A DNA stretch of 64,000 nt, from positions 256,001 through 320,000 of the forward strand of contig CBDCRP010000003.1 of assembly GCA_965221165.1 (NCBI GenBank), in the 5' to 3' direction. The stretch comes from a bacterium (GTDB taxonomy: Bacteria; UBA8248). This document shows positions 49,541 through 58,887 of this stretch, piece by piece (the first letter of the stretch is position 1; each line of letters starts with the position of its first letter). The position numbers and the translations under genes were made by a program. Under the pieces are notes generated by a model. It had not been told where the DNA came from. It saw only the letters and a list, made by a program, of their open reading frames with translations, and searched no databases.

Positions 49541-50587
49541 ATGTCCCCCCGCGCTCAAAATAACCCCAGACTTCTCGCGGGGGGAGACATCGCCATCAAC
49601 CGCGCGGAGGCGAAAGGCGCTTTCGGCCGTCTGATTCCCCTCTTCCGGGAAGCGGACGTCTCCTTCGCCAATCTGGAACTGCCCCTGTCCCGCGGCGGAA
49701 AGCCTGCGCCTGAGAAAATTCTACTGCGCGGCGCGCCGGATATGGCCCACGCCCTCACCGAAGCGGGCTTCGACGTCATGGCCTTTGCGAATAACCATGT
49801 GCTCGATTATGGAGAAGAGGCTTTTGCGGAAACCATGTCGCTCATGGATTCCCTCGAGATTGCGCTCGTGGGCGGCGGCATGAACCTTCAGCAAGCGAGA
49901 AGACCTGTTCTCATCGAGCGCGGAGGCCTTAAAATCGGCTTTCTGGCGTATTGCTCCATCATCCCGAGAGGGTTCGAGGCATCGGCGGCCGAGCCGGGCG
50001 TGAACCCTATACGCGCACACACGGCCTATCGCCCCTGGCGCGACCTTTCCGAATACCCGGGCACCGCGCCTAGAATCGACACCTGGGCGGAACCCGCCCA
50101 TCTCGCGCGCATGAAGCGCGACGTCAGAAATTTGAGGAAAAAAGCGGACCTTGTGGTGGTGAATCACCACTGGGGCACGAGCATGACGCACGAGGTGATG
50201 GATTTTGAACGCGAAATCGCCCACGCCACCATCGACGCGGGCGCGGATCTCGTTTTAGGCGGTCACCCGCACGTTCTCCAGGGGATCGAGTTCCACAAGG
50301 GCGCGCCCATCGTCTACAGCATGGGGAATCTGATATTCGATTTTGAGATTCCCTTCTTCACCGAAGAAACGCACGAGACCTTCCTGTTCGGCTGCACCCT
50401 GACCAAAACGGGGGTGAAAGAGCCCTACCTGATGCCCGTGACGGCGGGCGTATTCTCCAGACCCAGGCGCCATTCCCCCAAGCGGGGAGAGGGCCGCAGA
50501 ATCTTAAGCGTCATGAATGCGCTCAACGAACCCTTCGGAATAAAACTGGAAGTGCAAGACGAGCGGGTTTTGATATCGGCCCCGTGA
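49541..50587 (+). CDS. CapA/PgsA-family metallophosphoesterase
   Basis: GDI, NLE, ANNH..DYG, HWG, GADLVLGGHPHVLQG, YSMGN. Confidence 0.9.
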   Translation: MSPRAQNNPRLLAGGDIAINRAEAKGAFGRLIPLFREADVSFANLELPLSRGGKPAPEKILLRGAPDMAHALTEAGFDVMAFANNHVLDYGEEAFAETMSLMDSLEIALVGGGMNLQQARRPVLIERGGLKIGFLAYCSIIPRGFEASAAEPGVNPIRAHTAYRPWRDLSEYPGTAPRIDTWAEPAHLARMKRDVRNLRKKADLVVVNHHWGTSMTHEVMDFEREIAHATIDAGADLVLGGHPHVLQGIEFHKGAPIVYSMGNLIFDFEIPFFTEETHETFLFGCTLTKTGVKEPYLMPVTAGVFSRPRRHSPKRGEGRRILSVMNALNEPFGIKLEVQDERVLISAP

Positions 50588-50651
50588 GAGGCCACTTCCT
50601 CTCGGACATCAATCGCCCTCACCGGGCGGAGCTTTCTCTTTCAGGATTTTC

Positions 50652-51017
50652 CTAACTCAACACCCCGTCGGCATCCCGAACCGGCCCCTTGATGATGATG
50701 GCCCGCATCTTCTCACCGACCGCCGCCGTCTTGTGCTCCATCCCTGCGGGGATGAAGGCCACCGCACCGGGGTATAAGTCTATTTTTTCGCCGTGCGTCT
50801 CCGTGTAGCCCCGCCCGCTCAGCACCCAGATGACCTCCTCCTGTCCGGGGTGCGCGTGGGGCTCATGCGGGGTAGCGGGATCGTATTCGGTGAGTCCCAC
50901 GCGCACGTGCTCTGAGCCGTTTGAGGTCGGGCTCACCAGAATTTTCGTCTGTCCCCACGCCACGGCCTTAAAAGCCGCCTGCTCGACGTCCACTACTGAT
51001 TTTTCCGACATCTCCAT
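50652..51017 (-). CDS. Cupin domain protein
   Basis: HAHPGQEEVIWVLSGRG, PG...FIPAGMEH. Confidence 0.88.
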   Translation of the reverse strand: MEMSEKSVVDVEQAAFKAVAWGQTKILVSPTSNGSEHVRVGLTEYDPATPHEPHAHPGQEEVIWVLSGRGYTETHGEKIDLYPGAVAFIPAGMEHKTAAVGEKMRAIIIKGPVRDADGVLS

Positions 51018-51055
51018 CTCCTATATTCTACTTTAACTATCTACCATAAACATTT

Positions 51056-52111
51056 CTATCTTAATCTATTTCTTACGGCATCACCGCATTCTATGGTGTT
51101 CAACCCGCCTCCCAGATCCGCTGTGCGCTCCCCTTGCGCGATGGCTTCTTCCACGGCGCGCCGCATGGCTTCCCCGCCCGCCCCGCAGCCTAAATGATCC
51201 AGCAAAAGCGCGCCCGTCAATATGGCGGCCATCGGGTTGGCGATGCCGCGTCCGTAGATGTCGGGCGCCGTGCCGTGCACCGGCTCGAACATCGAGACCC
51301 CCTCGAGATTCACGTTCGCCGAAGGCGCCAGGCCCAGCCCGCCCACGAGACCCGAAGTGATGTCGCTCAGGATATCGCCGAACATGTTGTTGGTGACGAT
51401 GACGTCGAATTCCTTGGGGTGCTGAATGACCTCCATCGCCACCGCGTCGATGTGTTTGGCATCGGATTCGATATCTTCGAAATCCGCTCTCACCTCCTCG
51501 AACACGCGGCGCCATATCCCCCCTGCGTAGCGAAGCCCGCTCGCCTTGTCCGCCATGGTGACTTTCCTGCGCTTATGACGCCTCGCGAACTCGAACGAGG
51601 CCCGGATGACGCGCTCCACCCCCTTGTAGGTGTGTACTTCTTCCTGCAAGGCGACCTCGTCTTTCGTGCCCTGCTTGAAAAATCCGCCCACGTTCACGAA
51701 CAGGCCTTCGGTGTTCTCGCGAACCACGACGTGGTCGACGTCCCCCGCCCCCATGTTCTTGAGCGGCGTCAAATCCTCATGATAGAGCCTGCAGGGCCGG
51801 ATGTTGGCGTACAGATCAAGCCCGAAGCGGACGCCCAGAATCACTTGTTCCTGCACGATCGACCCCGGAACCCTCGGGTCGCCGACCGCGCCCTGGAACA
51901 CGGCGTCGAAGTTCGCCTGAAGCGTCTCGCACCCATCCTCGGGCATGCCCCTGCCGTGTTCCAGATACCGATCGCTTCCCCAGTCGAAGTATTCGAACTC
52001 CACCGGAAACGAGGCCGCCTCGGCCGCCGCCCGGAGCGTCTCCTCCGCCTCGGGCATCACCTCGTTCGCGATTCCGTCTCCGCGCACCACCGCTATGCGA
52101 GCCACTTTCAT
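51056..52111 (-). CDS. Isopropylmalate/tartrate dehydrogenase family beta-decarboxylating dehydrogenase
   Basis: GDGIANEV, YANIRP, VRENTEG, NMFGDILSD, FEPVHGTAPDI. Confidence 0.92.
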   Translation of the reverse strand: MKVARIAVVRGDGIANEVMPEAEETLRAAAEAASFPVEFEYFDWGSDRYLEHGRGMPEDGCETLQANFDAVFQGAVGDPRVPGSIVQEQVILGVRFGLDLYANIRPCRLYHEDLTPLKNMGAGDVDHVVVRENTEGLFVNVGGFFKQGTKDEVALQEEVHTYKGVERVIRASFEFARRHKRRKVTMADKASGLRYAGGIWRRVFEEVRADFEDIESDAKHIDAVAMEVIQHPKEFDVIVTNNMFGDILSDITSGLVGGLGLAPSANVNLEGVSMFEPVHGTAPDIYGRGIANPMAAILTGALLLDHLGCGAGGEAMRRAVEEAIAQGERTADLGGGLNTIECGDAVRNRLR

Positions 52112-52285
52112 CTCTCCCCTCTTCAAAATCGTTTCTTGAGAAAAGAAGCGCATTTTGACAAAAGGCGAGCGCAACCCGCAAGGTGCGGCGCAGCCCGGCG
52201 CGACTTCCCGAAAAACGCATAGACGGGCTAATATGGCCAAAGTTCATCGCAGCATTAAAAATCAAAATTTTTTGAGGAGATTTTC

Positions 52286-53383
52286 ATGGTCGAGTCCGGT
52301 CCACTACCCGAAGGAACGGTGCGTTTTCCCTCGGAAGTCATCGAAGAGTTCGTCTACACCATATTCCGCAGCAAGGACGTGCCCGAGGATGACGCCCGCC
52401 TGGTGGCGAAAGTATTGGTCAGCGCCGATTTGAGAGGCATCCGCAGCCACGGGGCGGCGCGGCTGAGCTTTTTCATGGTTCGCCTCGAAAACGGCGTACT
52501 GAACGGCAGACCCGACATGAAATTCTACCAGGGGAGCGACACCACCGGCCTTCTCGACGCGGACGACGCCATCGGCATCGTCGCCTCGAACCGCGCGATG
52601 GATGAGGCCCTCGCCATGGCGGAAAAACACGGTTCCGGCTTCGTGACCGTCCGCAACAGCAGCCACTTCGGCTATGCGGGCTATTGGGCGAAAAAAGCGA
52701 TGGAGGCGGGCTTCATCGGCATCAGCATGACGAATGGCGGACGCCGCACCGCGCCCACTTTCGGGGCGGAGGCGATCTTCGGCACCAACCCGATGAGCGT
52801 GGCGATACCCGGAGGGCCGGGAGGAACCGATTTTCATCTCGACATGGCCACCGCCGTGACGGCCGTCGGCAAAATCGAGACGGCGCTGCGTGAGGGACGC
52901 GAAGTCCCCAAAAGCTGGGTGCTCTCCTCGATGGGAACGCCGACGCTCAACGAGAAGAGCATCCTGAACTACGAGGTGCCTCTTGCGCCCCTGGGCGGCG
53001 AGGGAGACGAGAACGGCGGCCATAAGGGCTACGGCCTCCAGTTGATGGTGGATATTCTGTGCGGTGTGCTCTCGGGCGCAGGTCTGGAAAGCCGTCTGGC
53101 GGGCGCGGCGGGCACGGCGAAATCCGCCACGGGCCACTTCATGGGCGCGATCAAGACGTCCGGCTTCAGGGACCTGGCCGCCATATTCGGGGATATGACG
53201 AAACTCTTCGAGACCATCCGGGGGGCGAAGAAAGCGCCGGGCCACGATCGAATCTACATTCACGGCGAGCCCGAGGCCATTGCCGAGGAGGAGAACAGGC
53301 GCATCGGCATCCCCATTACGCCGGCCGTTTTGGAGCAGATGCAAAGGCTGAACGAAGATCTCGAACTCGGCTTCGAGCTTTGA
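52286..53383 (+). CDS. Ldh_2 family oxidoreductase (ComC/AllD/malate-L-lactate dehydrogenase-like)
   Basis: ADLRGIRSHG, NSSHFG, GTNP, DMAT, GGHKGYGL. Confidence 0.92.
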   Translation: MVESGPLPEGTVRFPSEVIEEFVYTIFRSKDVPEDDARLVAKVLVSADLRGIRSHGAARLSFFMVRLENGVLNGRPDMKFYQGSDTTGLLDADDAIGIVASNRAMDEALAMAEKHGSGFVTVRNSSHFGYAGYWAKKAMEAGFIGISMTNGGRRTAPTFGAEAIFGTNPMSVAIPGGPGGTDFHLDMATAVTAVGKIETALREGREVPKSWVLSSMGTPTLNEKSILNYEVPLAPLGGEGDENGGHKGYGLQLMVDILCGVLSGAGLESRLAGAAGTAKSATGHFMGAIKTSGFRDLAAIFGDMTKLFETIRGAKKAPGHDRIYIHGEPEAIAEEENRRIGIPITPAVLEQMQRLNEDLELGFEL

Positions 53384-53403
53384 GGCTTTATGCGGTTTCC
53401 CAA

Positions 53404-53789
53404 AATCACTCCTCCGTATTGGTCGGGGCGAATGCGGGAGAACACACAGGTGGCAGACATATATGTCTGACCCTGCAAAACCATTCGCGCCTCCCGTAGG
53501 GGCGGACCTGCGTGTCCGCCCGTTGTTCGTTTTTGATCGTCATTCCGCAGTGCTTGAATGTTGGTGGCAATCGATAGATTGACCAGGCGGACGAGAAATT
53601 CATCGTCAATCCAAACCGAAGGGGGAGGAATTGTCCCGACCGGAGAGAGAGGGAATGTCCCTACAGGCAAAGGCTGATGCGGTGGGAGGTCAATCCCGAC
53701 TGATGAGGGAGGGATTCATCAGGGGTTGATATAAAAACCGGGCGGACACCGGGGTCTGTGGAACAGCCCAGAGGAGCGGCCGCCACTAC
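53404..53789. repeat. Repeat mosaic of families A, B and C with small module insertions
   Basis: REP ends at 53436-53476, 53496-53521 and 53740-53789; family C near 53531-53560; modules at 53605-53660 and 53689-53716. Confidence 0.75.
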
Positions 53790-53852
53790 ACAGTTCTTCC
53801 CTTCCCCATCGGAACTGATCTCTCGCTCGGAGTGCCCGGTCAGGACGTTCGT

Positions 53853-54440
53853 CTAGGGCTTCGCCGCTCCCTTGAGATAGGCGACGACGGCAGGCGCGTC
53901 CCATTTTCTGTTGCCGATTATTTTCTGCAAAAGACGCCCCTTGGGGTCCACGATGAAAGTCTCCGGCACGCCGGTCGTCCGGTAGAGCTTTTTGATGCTC
54001 CCGCGCGGGTCCAGAAGAATCGGGAACGTGAGGCCGAAGCGCTCGACGAATTTTTTGACCGCGTCCGCCCCCAGGGCGTCGATGCTCACCGCCAATATCT
54101 CGAACGGCGCGCCCTCTTTTTTCATCCTGGCGTAGAGGCGTTGTAAGTCCGGCATCTCATCCAGGCACGGGACGCACCACGTGGCCCATACGTTGATGAG
54201 CACCACCCTGTTCTTCTGGCCCGTCAGGGAGGCGCTCCCCCCGCCCAGAAGCGGATATTCGAAAGACGGGGCCTGGCCGCCGATTTCCAGGTCGGGCGCG
54301 GGCGCTTCCTCGACACGTTCGGTAGTCAGGCGCTCGCCCACCGCCCAAAGAAGCGTCAGCAGCACCGGCGCCAGAATGAGAGAAACGGCCAGCCTCTTCG
54401 CCTTTCGCTGATCGGGGCTTGCGCTTTTCGAGGCGTCCAT
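53853..54440 (-). CDS. TlpA/ResA/CcmG-like membrane-anchored thiol-disulfide reductase
   Basis: TM anchor; INVWATWCVPC..EMP; GVPETF. Confidence 0.9.
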   Translation of the reverse strand: MDASKSASPDQRKAKRLAVSLILAPVLLTLLWAVGERLTTERVEEAPAPDLEIGGQAPSFEYPLLGGGSASLTGQKNRVVLINVWATWCVPCLDEMPDLQRLYARMKKEGAPFEILAVSIDALGADAVKKFVERFGLTFPILLDPRGSIKKLYRTTGVPETFIVDPKGRLLQKIIGNRKWDAPAVVAYLKGAAKP

Positions 54441-54444
54441 GCTC

Positions 54445-55128
54445 TCAGCTTTTCTCATCGAGCAGATGCCCCACCAGTGCGAAGGCCGCCTCGTTGTCCC
54501 ATTCGCGGGGCCCTGCGCCATACCCCGCCACCTGTCCCTTTCTGTCCACGAGGTATGTCGTCGGCAGGCCGCGAACCTTGTAGAGCGCCTTCGCCTTGTG
54601 CTCGGGATCGAGGACGATGGGGAAAGTCAGTTTCAGCTTCGAGACGAATTCGCGCACCTCATCCTCATTGCCCTGGTCGAGCGATATCGCCACTATTTCA
54701 AAGCCTCGCGCCTTGTATTTCTGGTAAAGCCGCTCGATGGAGGGCATCTCCCGAATGCACGGCTGGCACCATGTCGCCCAAAAATTCACCAGGACGATCT
54801 TTCCGGCATACTGCTCGAGGGAATGGTTCTGCCCATCGAGCGCTTTCAGAAAAACACCCGGCGCATCGGCGCGCTTCACCTGCTTCAAAAAACTCATATC
54901 GCGATACAGGACGGCGTCATCTCCCCGGAACGCCGTTCGCTTCGTCTCCTCTTGTTTTTTTTCTATTTTCCGCGCCGGCCCATCGTCCAACCCCGCGAAA
55001 TGAACCATCGCCCAAACCACCAGGACGAGGCTGATCGTCATCCCGATAAGCCGCCACTTAATGCTCCGGCGGGGGGTCGAGAGCCCATCCAGATTTCTCG
55101 CGAGTTCGGTTTTGGGGTTGTATTTCAT
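54445..55128 (-). CDS. Second TlpA/ResA-like thiol-disulfide reductase
   Basis: TM anchor; VNFWATWCQPCIREMP; GLPTTY. Confidence 0.9.
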   Translation of the reverse strand: MKYNPKTELARNLDGLSTPRRSIKWRLIGMTISLVLVVWAMVHFAGLDDGPARKIEKKQEETKRTAFRGDDAVLYRDMSFLKQVKRADAPGVFLKALDGQNHSLEQYAGKIVLVNFWATWCQPCIREMPSIERLYQKYKARGFEIVAISLDQGNEDEVREFVSKLKLTFPIVLDPEHKAKALYKVRGLPTTYLVDRKGQVAGYGAGPREWDNEAAFALVGHLLDEKS

Positions 55129-55159
55129 CTAAAAACTCCCGGCTTGCGGGAATGGCGGC

Positions 55160-55645
55160 TCAAGGCTCGAAATCACCGAGTTCACGACTCAGGCGATTTT
55201 CCATGGGGTCATCCAGGACTTCGCTCGGGGGAGCTTCTCCCCTCTCCCCGCTTTCCTCCCCCTCTTCCGGGCGTCTCGTCCAGGCCCTCACCAGGACAAT
55301 CACCACGCCGAAGCCCGCCAGCAGGCCCCCGAAAGGAAGAAGCCAGGCGGTGAGGTAAAACCCCTCCGCCGGGGGTTTGGGCAAAACATCCCGGCCGTAT
55401 ACTTCGACGAAATACCGGACGATCTGATCTTTCGTCTCCCCGGCGAATATCTTGCGGCGCACGAGTTCCCTGAGTTGTGCGCCCTCGCTGCTCGGGCAGT
55501 CGTGCAGCAATTTCCCCGGACAGACGGGACTCATGATGGCCCCCGCCACCTCGGAGAAGGTGGTCTTCGCTCCCGGCGTCTCGGCCTGCGCCAAAGGATG
55601 CGCACAGAAGAGGACCACAAGGCACGAGGCGAGCCAAAAACGCAT
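55160..55645 (-). CDS. ccmH: Cytochrome c biogenesis protein CcmH (variant motif)
   Basis: Signal peptide; IMSPVCPG...DC, GETKDQI..YFV..YG..VL..P, LTAWLLP. Confidence 0.82.
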   Translation of the reverse strand: MRFWLASCLVVLFCAHPLAQAETPGAKTTFSEVAGAIMSPVCPGKLLHDCPSSEGAQLRELVRRKIFAGETKDQIVRYFVEVYGRDVLPKPPAEGFYLTAWLLPFGGLLAGFGVVIVLVRAWTRRPEEGEESGERGEAPPSEVLDDPMENRLSRELGDFEP

Positions 55646-55779
55646 CACGAGGAATCTCCCCTGGGGTTCAATTTTTTCTCCTCCTCGAGCAAAGTATCCA
55701 TCCGCGCATGAAGAGTCCACCAATAAAGCGCAAACCCACCCAAAACGACGATGTACGCCGCCGTCACGTAGCCCATCAT
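55645..55779 (-). CDS. ccmD: Heme exporter protein CcmD (44 aa, absent from the ORF track)
   Basis: MMGYVTAAYIVVLGGFALYWWTLHARMDTLLEEEKKLNPRGDSS; YV.AAY motif; ATGA overlap with the ccmC stop and TGATG overlap with the ccmH start. Confidence 0.85.
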   Translation of the reverse strand: MMGYVTAAYIVVLGGFALYWWTLHARMDTLLEEEKKLNPRGDSS

Positions 55780-56471
55780 GCCCCCTCCCGCGCGGCGCGG
55801 GCTTCTTCCACCCGCGCGTTCAGACGCTCAATCTGCGCGCGCTTTCGGACGAAGCAAACGAACAGAAGCGTAAAGGCCAGCAGGGAGCTCCACAGCGCGA
55901 CGTGCATGGAGTCGGGCAGTTCTCTCAACCCACCCGAGCGCATCACCACGGGCTTGGGATGCAGCGTGCGCCACCATTCCACCGACATGTGCACGATGGG
56001 TACGTTCAAAAAACCAACGATCCCCATCACGGCGGCGAAGCGCGCCCTTTGTTCAGGTTCCGTCATGTAGGCGCGCAACATGAGATAACCCACGTATATC
56101 ATCCACAGGATGAGCGTGGTGGTGAGCCGCGCGTCCCACGTCCACCACACGCCCCATACCGGACGCGCCCAGATGGGGCCGGTGATCAACACAAGCGTAC
56201 AAAATACGACTCCAGCCTCAGCGCAGGCATGCGCTCGGATGTCGTCGTCCGGATTTCTTTTCACCAGATATTTAACCGAAAAAATGAACACCAGGAAAAA
56301 GGCGAAAAACGCCACCCAGGCCGATGGCACATGGATGTAGAAAATCCGCTGCGGCGGCCCCTGTAGCCTGTCGGTGACGGCGATGAATAAATCCGCAAAA
56401 ATGGCGAAAGCGAGGACACACAGGGTGAGAAGCGGCAGCCACCTGAAGACTCCCCGCTCTTTTCGATACAT
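55776..56471 (-). CDS. ccmC: Heme exporter/chaperone loader CcmC
   Basis: RIFYIHVPSAW, TGPIWARPVWGVWWTWDARLT (WWD motif), WWRTLHP. Confidence 0.95.
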   Translation of the reverse strand: MYRKERGVFRWLPLLTLCVLAFAIFADLFIAVTDRLQGPPQRIFYIHVPSAWVAFFAFFLVFIFSVKYLVKRNPDDDIRAHACAEAGVVFCTLVLITGPIWARPVWGVWWTWDARLTTTLILWMIYVGYLMLRAYMTEPEQRARFAAVMGIVGFLNVPIVHMSVEWWRTLHPKPVVMRSGGLRELPDSMHVALWSSLLAFTLLFVCFVRKRAQIERLNARVEEARAAREGA

Positions 56472-56553
56472 CAATCGTTCCTCCCGGCGGCCCGAAACGG
56501 GGACGACAGCACATAAAGTATTTCTGGAAGTATAGTTATATATACCATTGATA

Positions 56554-57243
56554 TTATTCTTCCAGGATATATTCAAAGACCAACGAGGCGGCCACCAAGA
56601 ATATCACATCATACACCAACATCAACCGAAGCCAATCCTTTGCATCCGCCCACCCGCCACCGCCGAGGTGGGCTTCGGTCGCCTTTACGGCGGCGATCAG
56701 AACGGGCACGAGGGCGGGAAACATCAAAACGGGCAGCAAGACCTCGCGCGTTCGCGTGCGGGCGCTCATCGCGGAGAACAAAGTGCCCGCGGCCGCGATT
56801 CCCAAGGTGGCGGAACCGGCGACGAGCGCAAGCGCGCCGGCCGATTTCCACACGTCCGCGCTGTAGAGAACGGCCAACACTGCGAAACCCGCCAATTCCA
56901 TTATCCCCATCAAAACGAGCGCCGACGCCACTTTGCCCAGATAGAGAGCAGAAGGATCGGAGGGGCTTGCGTACATGGCCGAAAAACCCGCGCTCTCGCG
57001 CTCCACGCCCATGGTCCGCGAGAGTCCGATGACACAGGCGAACAAAAACGATATCCACAAGATTCCCGCCTGCACGGCGCGCGCGCCCTCTCCGCTCCCG
57101 CCGCCCGGACCGAAGGCGAAGCTGAACAGAGTGAGCACCAAAAGCGCAAAAACAACCATGACGAGGAGGCTCTCTTTCGTCCGCCATTCGAGGCGCAAAT
57201 CCTTTTCCACCACCGCGAAGAGGACGGAGAAAAAACGTTTCAT
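56554..57243 (-). CDS. ccmB: Heme exporter permease CcmB
   Basis: KDLRLEWR, LYLGK, REVLLPVLMFP. Confidence 0.92.
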   Translation of the reverse strand: MKRFFSVLFAVVEKDLRLEWRTKESLLVMVVFALLVLTLFSFAFGPGGGSGEGARAVQAGILWISFLFACVIGLSRTMGVERESAGFSAMYASPSDPSALYLGKVASALVLMGIMELAGFAVLAVLYSADVWKSAGALALVAGSATLGIAAAGTLFSAMSARTRTREVLLPVLMFPALVPVLIAAVKATEAHLGGGGWADAKDWLRLMLVYDVIFLVAASLVFEYILEE

Positions 57244-57944
57244 TCCGAGCTCCCGGGGGTTTCATCGAATGCGGCCAGCACCTCTTCTTCGCTCGAATTT
57301 TGGGCATCCGCCTCATAAACAAGTCTGCCCGCGGCCAAAACGGCGATTCTGTCCGCCATATCGAAGACTCTGGATATATCGTGCGTCGTGAACACCAGAA
57401 TGCGCTCGCGCCTGTCGCACATCTCGTGCACGACGCTCTCCAGGCGTCCCGACGCCTCGGGGTCGAGACCGGAAAACGGCTCATCGAGCAGCACGACATC
57501 GGGCGCATGCAAAAGCGCGCGCATAAACGCCGCGCGCTGTCTGAGACCCTGGCTCAAGACGCGCACCGGCTCATCGAGGCGCTCCGAAATGCCGAGTACA
57601 TCCGATAAGAGTTTCACCCGCTCCGGTATTTCCCCGCGATCCATGCCGAAGAGCCCGGCGAAGTATTCGAGGTTTTCCCGTATCGTCAACCCCACGTAGA
57701 GCATGGGTTCGTGCGAGAGCAGGCCGATTCTCCCCTTCGTCTCGCGGGAAAGCGGCTCGCCGGCCACGCGCACCGCCCCCTGGGTGGGCCTCAACAGGCC
57801 GGCGAGAGTTTTGAGAAGCGTGGTCTTGCCCGATCCGTTCTTTCCTAATAGAGCAAGCGTCTCCCCTGGGGAGACGGCGAGGTCCAAATCCCTGAGCGCC
57901 CACCGCCAACCATACCGCCTGGATACGCCAAGAGCCTCCAGCAT
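57240..57944 (-). CDS. ccmA: Heme ABC exporter ATPase CcmA
   Basis: GKNGSGKTT, LSQGLRQR, LLDEPF; overlaps ccmB. Confidence 0.9.
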   Translation of the reverse strand: MLEALGVSRRYGWRWALRDLDLAVSPGETLALLGKNGSGKTTLLKTLAGLLRPTQGAVRVAGEPLSRETKGRIGLLSHEPMLYVGLTIRENLEYFAGLFGMDRGEIPERVKLLSDVLGISERLDEPVRVLSQGLRQRAAFMRALLHAPDVVLLDEPFSGLDPEASGRLESVVHEMCDRRERILVFTTHDISRVFDMADRIAVLAAGRLVYEADAQNSSEEEVLAAFDETPGSSE

Positions 57945-57957
57945 GGCATCCGCCCTC

Positions 57958-58887
57958 TTAATCCGAGAGTTCTTTGAGACGTTCAAAACGCGGGGCGCGC
58001 TCGCGGGCGTGCTCGCCTGAGGTAATATCTCCCGCCGCGAACCTGTCGTCGAGCACAGCGATGGCGCGCAATATCTCCTCGCGCTCCGCCTCGGCGGAAT
58101 AGGCCTGATTCCTCCTTTTGCGGAGGTAAAGCCCCAGCCCCAGACTCAAGGCGGCCACGAGACCGCCCACGACGTAGAAAACCCCGAGACCGCCCATCGA
58201 ATCCGGCGCCTGCATGTCGATGCGCACCACCGCGCCCGCCGTGGCGGTCCCCACGAAACGATTGTATTCCCTGTTCTGAAACTGAACGGCAGGCTGCGCG
58301 GAAAGATCAGGCGCCGCGGCCTGCACGCGGTCCTTCTCGGGCAGGACGGCGAAACTCGGCGTGTCGTAGAGAATCGGCTTCTCCACGCGTATGCCGCCGA
58401 ATTCATCTTCGAGACGATAGAGCAGGACGATGAATTTACGCCCCGGCGGGATGGGCTCGCTCGTCCGGAGTTCATCCCCCACCGAAGTGATGAATTTAGG
58501 GTCCAGCCCGGCGGGCGCCGCTCCCCAGCGGGCGCGGGGGTTTCTGATGTTGCTGCTCCTCGGCAGTGCGAACCGCAGCGTGGGAGCGCCGTCTTTCGAG
58601 ACGATGGTGGCGCTCCCCTGGTTTTCGAAATCCATCATCTCCACCACCTCGAAAAAACCCTTATCCAGCCGAATGGTGAGGATGTTGCGCTTTAATGCGA
58701 GTTGGGAGAGATCCGTCGTCGTGGGACCGGGTGCTTCGGCGCTTTCCCTGGGAGGTGCGGCCTCGAGTTTCGCCGGTCCTGCGTATGAGAAGGCGGGCGG
58801 AGAGCAGAGCAGGAACAAGACGAGGGAGAGGAGGATTCGAGCGTGCCCGATGCGCTTCAATTGAGCCCACGTCCACAGGCGGCGCAA
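57958..58887 (-). CDS. Ccm-associated membrane protein (periplasmic domain, TM, CcmI-like C-terminal helix pair)
   Basis: Signal-like N-terminus, TM near residue 240, tail ILRAIAVLDDRFAAGDIT. Confidence 0.6.
   Translation of the reverse strand: MRRLWTWAQLKRIGHARILLSLVLFLLCSPPAFSYAGPAKLEAAPPRESAEAPGPTTTDLSQLALKRNILTIRLDKGFFEVVEMMDFENQGSATIVSKDGAPTLRFALPRSSNIRNPRARWGAAPAGLDPKFITSVGDELRTSEPIPPGRKFIVLLYRLEDEFGGIRVEKPILYDTPSFAVLPEKDRVQAAAPDLSAQPAVQFQNREYNRFVGTATAGAVVRIDMQAPDSMGGLGVFYVVGGLVAALSLGLGLYLRKRRNQAYSAEAEREEILRAIAVLDDRFAAGDITSGEHARERAPRFERLKELSD

Noticed and set aside
25909-53716. Hammerhead ribozyme cores suggested by CTGACGA (25917) and CTGATGA (53700)
   Set aside because: Both lie inside the 13-nt loop of the micro-element; no three-stem junction could be built, and other copies lack the motif
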